Shown in pieces: positions 58,542 to 64,000 of a stretch of 64,000 nucleotides of DNA. This DNA is from Planctomycetota bacterium (lineage in GTDB: Bacteria; Planctomycetota; UBA8108; SXIK01), in assembly GCA_965223265.1 (NCBI GenBank), contig OZ244999.1, forward strand, positions 9,024,001 to 9,088,000, given 5' to 3'. Within the stretch, counting starts at the first letter, position 1; every line of letters starts with the position of its first letter. The notes beneath the pieces are model-generated. The model was given only the letters and a program-made list of their open reading frames with translations, was not told the DNA's origin and ran no database searches. Position numbers and translations under genes: made by a program.

Positions 58542-58946
58542 ATGGCGAAGGGTCGAGTTCTCGTGGTTGATGACGATTTGGACTACGCCAAGCTGTTGGC
58601 ACTAGGGCTCGAGGATTGTGACTACGAAGTCGCCGTCGTCAGCAATGGCGCAGAAGCGCTGAAGCGGATGCCGGAGTTTCAACCATCCTACGTCGTCGTG
58701 GACACCCTCATGCCCGTGATGGACGGCCTCGAGTTCGCTCGCGAGGTTAAGGGCGACGGGAGTTCAATCGTCGCGCTTGTGATGCTCAGTTCGATCGACG
58801 AACGAGCTACCGCCGTGGAATCAATCCTTGCCGGCGTTCAAGAAGTTCTCGTCAAACCCGTCGGCATCGAGGTCGTCGTGGAAGCGCTTGACAGAGCAAA
58901 AGTCCGAGCGGAGGCGCAGCTCTTGAAGGAGGCTTCGCCGGAGTAG
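58542..58946 (+). CDS. Single-domain response regulator (CheY-like)
   Basis: VLVVDDD, phospho-acceptor VVDTLMPVMDG, MLSS, LVKP. Confidence 0.92.
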   Translation: MAKGRVLVVDDDLDYAKLLALGLEDCDYEVAVVSNGAEALKRMPEFQPSYVVVDTLMPVMDGLEFAREVKGDGSSIVALVMLSSIDERATAVESILAGVQEVLVKPVGIEVVVEALDRAKVRAEAQLLKEASPE

Positions 58947-58950
58947 CTCG

Positions 58951-61900
58951 ATGTGGAAACTCGATATCTTTCCAGACACTGGGCTGTCGGAGTCAGTCGT
59001 TACCACGGTTTGGGTTGGCGTCTGGGTGATCAGCCTCTTGAATTTGCGATTCGGGTGGACGTACTCCGGTCTCGTGATTCCTGGCTATATCGTGCCGCTA
59101 CTGATCATCAAGCCGTGGAGTGCTTTGGTGGTCGGCTTGGAGGGAGTGATCACGTATTTGATCGTGTGGGCGTTTTCGGAGAAGTGCTCGGAATCGGGAT
59201 GGTGGTCCAATCTGTTCGGCCGCGACCGTTTTCTTGCTCTCGTTTTGGTGAGTATTTGCGTACGCATTCTCTTCGACGGCTACTTGCTACCCCTCTTCTG
59301 TGATCTGGCTGAGCTCTTTATTCCTCTTCGAATCGACTTCAGGTTAAGCCTTCACAGTTTCGGATTGATCATCGTTTCGCTCATTGCGAATCAATTCTGG
59401 AAGCCTGGATTGCGCCGAGGGATCGCTCCGTTTGCAGTAACACTCGCTGCGACGTTCTTGCTGGTTCAATACGTGCTCATACCATTTACGAATTTCAGCA
59501 TCAGCAAGCTGGAGTTCATGTATGAGGATATCTCAGCTTCGCTCCTGGCCAGTCCCAAGGCCTACATCATCCTGATCACGACGGCGTTCATGGCGTCGAG
59601 GATGAATCTACACTACGCCTGGGACTACAACGGGATTTTGATCCCCTCACTGTTGGCTTTGCAGTGGTACGAGCCTTTAAAGATCGCGACGTCGTTCATC
59701 GAGGCGTTCGCGATTTACTTCATAGGATCACTGTGTTTGCGCTTGCCTGTATTGAAAGATTCGACGATCGAAGGCGCACGAAAACTTCTCCTCTTCTTCA
59801 GTATTTCTTTTATCTACAAACTCATCATTGGTCACGTCTGTGACTGGTTTCACGTTCAGGTGCGGGTATCCGATCTCTATGGATTTGGCTATCTACTACC
59901 GACATTGATGGCTGTCAAAATGCATGACAAGGGGATCATGGCGAGATTGACCCGCGCGACGCTACAGACCTCGCTGACAGCGGCGGGGACTGCAAGCGTA
60001 ATCGGTTTTGTCCTGACATTGATTCCCGTCGGATTCTCGGAGTCGCACGCAGATTTGAGTATCTCTGAGGTTCCGGAGCGAGCTTGGAGCTTGCGAGAGG
60101 AGGTTCAGAGGGTCAAGGAGAACGCCTATTCACCGACAGTGAGTCGCCGAGCGGAGTTGCCTCTACCCCGAGAGTTGGCGGCGTTCTCTGAGGGATTAGA
60201 TCGCCTGAAGTCGTATCTCGCGGGACGCTCTCACGTCGAGCTCGATCGCGCTCGCAAAGCCTTTGGGGCGACCAACTACGAGGTGCTGCTACTTGAGGAT
60301 CGATACATCGTCGTACGTGAGAAACCACCGGAGAGAGGGTGGGGATTCTACTGTTTCGACCTCATGGCGAAGGACGGGCTGGTCATCGAGGTGCCGAGGC
60401 CGTTGGCGGAGTGGGGAACCCTGGAATCAGCGGCGTATTTGATGAGCTATCTCGATGGTGGTGCACTGGCGGTGTCGACTGCGGAACAAGGCAACAATGC
60501 GCACGGCCGACGGGAGTCGTTGGTAGCTTTTCGAACCATGCTCGGTGCATTTCATCGGCGCTGGGATCCCCGAAACATTCTGCAGGTAAGAGGGTATACC
60601 GTCGGTTCGGTGAGGGGCCTCTATGGTCGCCGAGTCGAGGTGGACGACCTCGGGACGCTGGACATTCCCTCTAGCCTGTGGATCAAACGCAGTATACCGT
60701 CGGGACTGACGATCCGCGGTGTGGAGAACGTCGTCCGGGAGCTGACAGTCGAATGGCGTGAACCGTCGTGGCGAAACCCACTACGTGAACGATCTCATGC
60801 CGGCTTTGCAGAACTCTATCTCCATCGTTCGGACCGTCGACGTCTACTGGCGCGATATCACGTCGGTGTTGAGCGTGTCGGAACGCTTGATCGGTACCGA
60901 GCAAGTGAGGGGTATTTGTGGCGGGAGGTTCTTTCGACCCGCAGCGACCGCAGCGGTTGGCGTTCGGAGGCGATCGAGGCTCCGAGCGTCGAAATGCTTC
61001 TGTTTTTCGATCAAGAGATCGTTGGCCCGTTAGCATCTCTCGTGCAGAGGACTTCGAGGGGTGAGATCTCCTCGGAAGAAGTCTCTGAGGAGTTGATCAC
61101 GATCGGCGCGGCTGCAACACCGGTTGGATATGCCGTGCAAAAATTCACGGACGTTTCTGACGGCAGTGAATTCTTGATTCTGTATGAGCGTGAAGACGAC
61201 GCGTGGCGTGGCTGGGGAACCTACGTATTCCGACTCGGTGAGAGTTCCGATTTTTCCGTCCACGTCCCCAAGCCCTCCTCTGAGAAGGGAACGCTAGAGT
61301 TCTCGCTTGCCCTTTTCCATCGGCTGAACGCTAGCTTCCTGCTCATCTCAGGAAGTGATGGAGGTAGTGACGGACGCGAGCGAGTCGACGTAAGCAAAGA
61401 GCGTCTGACCCTGTTCAACCTCACGCACCAGGTGATCCTCCGTACGCTGAACGTTCATAGACATCTGGCCGTTCAAGTGCGCGCGTTTAGCTATCGAAAC
61501 GTGCCAAGCTCGGTACCTGCGGATTGTCTACTGGGTTTCGCACCAGGGGCTGCGAACGGTGGTGGTGTCGGACGCCTGGGGCTCCGACTTCTCGAACAGC
61601 TCGAGTCTCAGGGGAGGCGCGTTCGAGTGATTTCAGGCGAAGAGGAGACCTTGGGCTACGATGCACGCTCGAGCGTGCAGTCGGGTTACCTCACCAGCAC
61701 GAAGGAGAAAGAGTTCGCCGTGCTCTGGCTCTCTCCTCTGTTGCGCTCAGCGTTTCCCGCGGCAACGACGTTGCAACGTCAAACCGAGCAGTTTGAAGCC
61801 GTGGGTATTCCAACAGAGATCGGTGACCTCGAAGAGATCATTGCTGCGTATGAGGTTGATCAATCGCCGGACGGAGTTCCGAAGCGGTTGCTAGAGATTG

Positions 61901-62181
61901 TTGGTGCGTATCAAAGAACGCAGAATCTCAACTGCCTTGTCGCGTTGATCGAACTGTGGCCTGACTTCTCGTTTCGCCGCGTCGTCGACAGTCGCTCAGG
62001 GGGGGCATTCGTTCTCGTCGCGGTCGACGGGAAGCTGCTACCGAGAGTTTTGAGCCTGTCCTTGACGCTCGACGGAGGTGCGCCAGGATTACTCGAAACA
62101 GTAACGCTACACGACCAAAAGTGGGCGTGGTCTTCGTCGCCGAGAGGGTTCTTGTTGGAGAAGCGTGACGATGAAGATTAG
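58951..62181 (+). CDS. Large membrane protein with poly-gamma-glutamate CapC/PgsC-like domains and duplicated extramembrane domain
   Basis: RFGWTYSGLVIPGYIV and HYAWDYNGILIPSLLAL resemble the CapC GlvvPGylAl motif; multi-TM N-terminal third; two RGWG...VP(R/K)P..E.GTLE repeats. Confidence 0.7.
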   Translation: MWKLDIFPDTGLSESVVTTVWVGVWVISLLNLRFGWTYSGLVIPGYIVPLLIIKPWSALVVGLEGVITYLIVWAFSEKCSESGWWSNLFGRDRFLALVLVSICVRILFDGYLLPLFCDLAELFIPLRIDFRLSLHSFGLIIVSLIANQFWKPGLRRGIAPFAVTLAATFLLVQYVLIPFTNFSISKLEFMYEDISASLLASPKAYIILITTAFMASRMNLHYAWDYNGILIPSLLALQWYEPLKIATSFIEAFAIYFIGSLCLRLPVLKDSTIEGARKLLLFFSISFIYKLIIGHVCDWFHVQVRVSDLYGFGYLLPTLMAVKMHDKGIMARLTRATLQTSLTAAGTASVIGFVLTLIPVGFSESHADLSISEVPERAWSLREEVQRVKENAYSPTVSRRAELPLPRELAAFSEGLDRLKSYLAGRSHVELDRARKAFGATNYEVLLLEDRYIVVREKPPERGWGFYCFDLMAKDGLVIEVPRPLAEWGTLESAAYLMSYLDGGALAVSTAEQGNNAHGRRESLVAFRTMLGAFHRRWDPRNILQVRGYTVGSVRGLYGRRVEVDDLGTLDIPSSLWIKRSIPSGLTIRGVENVVRELTVEWREPSWRNPLRERSHAGFAELYLHRSDRRRLLARYHVGVERVGTLDRYRASEGYLWREVLSTRSDRSGWRSEAIEAPSVEMLLFFDQEIVGPLASLVQRTSRGEISSEEVSEELITIGAAATPVGYAVQKFTDVSDGSEFLILYEREDDAWRGWGTYVFRLGESSDFSVHVPKPSSEKGTLEFSLALFHRLNASFLLISGSDGGSDGRERVDVSKERLTLFNLTHQVILRTLNVHRHLAVQVRAFSYRNVPSSVPADCLLGFAPGAANGGGVGRLGLRLLEQLESQGRRVRVISGEEETLGYDARSSVQSGYLTSTKEKEFAVLWLSPLLRSAFPAATTLQRQTEQFEAVGIPTEIGDLEEIIAAYEVDQSPDGVPKRLLEIVGAYQRTQNLNCLVALIELWPDFSFRRVVDSRSGGAFVLVAVDGKLLPRVLSLSLTLDGGAPGLLETVTLHDQKWAWSSSPRGFLLEKRDDED

Positions 62182-64000
62182 GTACACTCGCACTGCAGCG
62201 ATTCTCCGTGTCACTTCGGTTGCTTTATGTGCTTCCCTTCTCGCTATCAAACTTGGCGGTGCGGCCCGTATCCCCAGCGTTGATTCGGTTGATCCGACAA
62301 GAGCGTCGAGCTCGACAGCATACGCGCTCCAGCTCGACGAGTGGGTCAAGTTCGATGTGAAGTTGGGTCGCCCTGAGGTCAAGCTCGTCACCAACGCCAT
62401 CGTCAACAGCTCCCGGATCGGACGCCGCGGTGACGTTCGATATGCCGTGGACTATCGCATCACCGATTCCGAGGGACAGTTCCTTGAGGAGGGGCGCCAT
62501 TGGATGATGTCACGGAGTAGCGCTCTGGCTACGACCGACGGCAGACGACGCTGGAAGTTTGTCAAAGGTCCTGGTCGTGAGGTCCTACAGAATCGCTCGT
62601 TTGTGATTCAAACTCGAGACGTTCCGCGAGCTGCCGAAGTGGCTGTGCGCCTCGGAAAGAAAGAGGAGGATACCGAGGCAATCTTTGTGCGCGGGTTCGT
62701 CAAAGATCTCGTGCCTCCATACCGTGCGAAATACCTATGGCACCGGTTGGCGCAAAACAAGCGCCAACTGCTAGCGAGGAGAAATGTCTACTCGGCAGAT
62801 CTATTGACGGACTTCGAGAAGGAGAACCTCCTGCGAAATCGATGGGTCGCGATCCCCCCGATTGACGACGCCGCTTCGGCCGTCCGCGAGAGGTTGTTTA
62901 CGGTCGTCTATCGTTCGGCCGAGGATGACCAAGACTTAGCGGACAGCTCTTCATTCGTGCATCTCCAGCCAGAGATCGTCGAAGTCATAAGGATTCCTCC
63001 TCAATCCGAGTCTCTCGTCATGTCGGTGCGAGTTGGGGAGGAGAGCAGTCCGGAGCAGCCGAGACTTTGGTGCCGATGGAGGGATGTCGACAATGACGAA
63101 ATTGTGGAAGAAGAGATCGAAATCGTCAGCTCACCGATCCGCATTGAGCGACGAGTCAGAGGGTCGACTTTGGAGCTCCGCGGAAATCATGTGTTTGGCC
63201 TACAAGTTCAGGCGTTGTCGGGAAAGGAGAGGAGAGTTCTCTTCCCAGAGCGGGAACGAGTGCGAGCCTACCGTCCCCTCGGCAACGTCCCTCTTGAGTT
63301 TGACACTGTTCTGCACTGGAGAGACTCGACGCCGTTTCGCATACATCTTCGGGTTCTGCGTTCGGAAGAGTCCTCGGCACTTCGCGAAGTGGTCGCTGTC
63401 AACTACGAGCTGATCGCCCTCGATCGTCGCGTCATGGGGCGTGGTTCGCTCATACACAGCGGCGCGATCAGCAAGTACGCAAGTGTGAAAATCGGTGGCG
63501 AGTGGATACCAGTCAGCGATCGTTCAATTCACTACTTGACCGTCCCGCATGGTTGTCACTTCGTGCGCCTATCAAGCCCGGTCGATGGGTTGCTCGTGTC
63601 TGTTGCGACACGACCCAATGACCTGCCGTTACGCAGAACCGTGCCTAAACCGATTCACGAGGACGTACAGACGGGGTCGTCGCTGGGCGTCGGCCGCAAT
63701 TGGTTTTCGATCTATCCCTCGAACGCTGGCGATCTCATCAAGCGAGGTCGAGAAGTCTTCGTCACGGTGCGCCCACGACCGAAGTCGGACGTTGTCGATA
63801 CAACAGTATCTTACCAATCGAAGACGCTCCACCCAACTACGATCGCAACTGGGACCGATGTACTTGTGAGGTCCAAACCGGCGTCATCCGGTCCGTTGGA
63901 TCTTTACCGTTTCTACGAACTGACGTGCGGGGACGAGCGGGAGATCGTTTGTCAGGACGCACGTCATCCGCCGCCCCTCGAAATCCTCGTGATTCGCCCG
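62171..64000 (+). CDS. Hypothetical exported protein, 3'-truncated by window edge (absent from the supplied ORF track)
   Basis: ATG at 62171 overlaps the upstream gene end; reads MKIRYTRTAAILRVTSVALCASLLAIKLGG..., and spot checks (e.g. YLWHRLAQNKRQLLARRNVYSADLLTDFEKENLLRNRW near 62.7-62.85 kb) are stop-free. Confidence 0.75.
   Translation, partial: MKIRYTRTAAILRVTSVALCASLLAIKLGGAARIPSVDSVDPTRASSSTAYALQLDEWVKFDVKLGRPEVKLVTNAIVNSSRIGRRGDVRYAVDYRITDSEGQFLEEGRHWMMSRSSALATTDGRRRWKFVKGPGREVLQNRSFVIQTRDVPRAAEVAVRLGKKEEDTEAIFVRGFVKDLVPPYRAKYLWHRLAQNKRQLLARRNVYSADLLTDFEKENLLRNRWVAIPPIDDAASAVRERLFTVVYRSAEDDQDLADSSSFVHLQPEIVEVIRIPPQSESLVMSVRVGEESSPEQPRLWCRWRDVDNDEIVEEEIEIVSSPIRIERRVRGSTLELRGNHVFGLQVQALSGKERRVLFPERERVRAYRPLGNVPLEFDTVLHWRDSTPFRIHLRVLRSEESSALREVVAVNYELIALDRRVMGRGSLIHSGAISKYASVKIGGEWIPVSDRSIHYLTVPHGCHFVRLSSPVDGLLVSVATRPNDLPLRRTVPKPIHEDVQTGSSLGVGRNWFSIYPSNAGDLIKRGREVFVTVRPRPKSDVVDTTVSYQSKTLHPTTIATGTDVLVRSKPASSGPLDLYRFYELTCGDEREIVCQDARHPPPLEILVIRP

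Overview
GC-rich bacterial chromosomal window, most likely Planctomycetota. The evidence is a DUF1501 protein, a planctomycete-type dockerin-like domain, a sulfatase, a PQQ-like beta-propeller, a CehA/McbA hydrolase and a Tat-exported Gfo/Idh/MocA enzyme. It holds about 37 CDSs. These include housekeeping genes (pyrD, ispG, trhO-like, RluA family), a divergent type III PKS cluster and a GT2/DUF2304/TMTC-like glycosylation cluster. There is also a large Ser/Thr kinase and a lower-GC right end with a CHASE2 pseudo-histidine kinase, a response regulator and a giant CapC/PgsC-like membrane protein. No rRNA, tRNA, CRISPR array or transposase was recognised. Three things stand out. (1) A four-helix-bundle (23S-rRNA-IVP/Avd-like) gene is boxed by hairpins and by two direct copies of a bipartite, degenerate hexamer-periodic repeat. 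The same repeat occurs as solo copies at three other intergenic sites plus one decayed copy, suggesting a repeat-bounded cassette and its footprints. (2) A secreted Cys/Lys/Ala-rich protein is built from ten 89-aa (267-bp) tandem repeats. (3) A long intergenic hairpin at 57.9-58.0 kb is unexplained. All family calls come from motif recognition by eye; no database search was run.
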